Shown: piece after piece, positions 63,281-64,000 of the stretch
Layout: every line of letters starts with the position of its first letter
How positions within the stretch are numbered: position 1 is the first letter of the stretch
Source of the DNA: an uncultured delta proteobacterium
Lineage (GTDB): Bacteria > Desulfobacterota > Binatia > UBA9968
Length of the DNA: 64,000 bases
Assembly: GCA_963840855.1 (NCBI GenBank)
Contig: CAWJBB010000039.1
Coordinates: 1-64,000 of the forward strand
Reading direction: 5' to 3'
Program-made: the position numbers and the translations under genes
The notes under the pieces: model-generated
Databases searched by the model: none
Told to the model about the DNA's origin: nothing
What the model saw: only the letters and a program-made list of their open reading frames with translations

Positions 63281-64000
63281 CGGCAAACCCCTTGCGCGAT
63301 TTCTGAAACCACCAGAAACCCATCCACGCAATCGCGATACTGACGAACATATATATACCCCAGCCTACCCCGTCGGGAATCTGGCCAAATATAAGTGTTT
63401 TGCGCCCTTCTTCAAGAGTGAAGGTGAGAGGGTTTAATTTCACCCAGATCTGATACTCCTCGGGCAAGGCGGAAAGGGGATAAAAGACAGGCGAGAGGAA
63501 CAAAAGCACTGTGGTAAGAATACCGACGGTTTGGCTGACATCGCGCAGGTAGACGCCGATGGCCGACAGGAACCATGCCACGCCCATCGTGGCGAGCAAT
63601 AACGGCAAGATGATGATCGGGAAAAACACCGCCGTAAAGGGCATGGTGTGGTTCAACAAAAGCTGAGCCAGGAGCAGCACAAGCAAGCTGATTCCCGAGT
63701 GGAACAACGTGGAACCCATCGCCACCCACGGAAGAATCTCGAGCGGGAACACAACTTTCTTTACATAGTTAACGTTGGCGAGAATCAACCCTGGAGCCCG
63801 GTTGGTACATTCCGCAAACAAGCCATGAACGATGATGCCGACGAATAACACGATGGCGAAGCCGGCTCTGTCTTCCCCGCCACCCACGCCCCAGCGGGCT
63901 TTGAAGATCACTGAGAAGACAAATGTATAGACCATGAGCATCAGGAGGGGATTGAAAAATGACCACGCGAGTCCCAAAACAGAGCCGCGATACCGACCAA
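63270..64000 (-). CDS. wzm: Polysaccharide ABC exporter permease (5' end outside the window)
   Basis: RYRGSVLGLAWSFFNP, NYVKKVVFPLE, LRD, SPVFYP, LNP. Confidence 0.93.
   Translation of the reverse strand, partial: GRYRGSVLGLAWSFFNPLLMLMVYTFVFSVIFKARWGVGGGEDRAGFAIVLFVGIIVHGLFAECTNRAPGLILANVNYVKKVVFPLEILPWVAMGSTLFHSGISLLVLLLAQLLLNHTMPFTAVFFPIIILPLLLATMGVAWFLSAIGVYLRDVSQTVGILTTVLLFLSPVFYPLSALPEEYQIWVKLNPLTFTLEEGRKTLIFGQIPDGVGWGIYMFVSIAIAWMGFWWFQKSRKGFADVL

Overview
Bacterial accessory region with no rRNA, tRNA or CRISPR array. It is a large mosaic cell-surface glycan locus: two Wzm/Wzt exporters plus a scrambled third wzt, GT2/GT4/WbsX-type glycosyltransferases, five GT-C-like membrane proteins (one IS-split), about ten SAM methyltransferases or fragments, two sulfotransferases, two RfbE-like epimerases and WecE. 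Interleaved are seven secreted proteins with six unrelated types of N-terminal head (P-domain, PQQ/GSDH, kelch, metallophosphoesterase x2, an unrecognised beta-repeat, zincin). All seven end in the same FG-GAP-like 'D(F/Y)DGDG..D...WG...D(V/I)P' tail, six with exactly six repeats and one with three. This is the best candidate for a new system: a swappable C-terminal module that may anchor proteins to the glycan made here (inference). Mobile DNA: a complete IS21 (6-bp TSD), a complete IS4 (9-bp TSD), two copies of an rve-type IS, an IS701 remnant, REP-like palindromes, and two or three structured non-coding segments resembling IS110 non-coding ends (bridge-RNA-like) with no IS110 recombinase in the window. 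Many single-base frameshifts, clustered at about 36-47 kb, may be sequencing errors. All family calls are by-eye motif recognition, not database searches.
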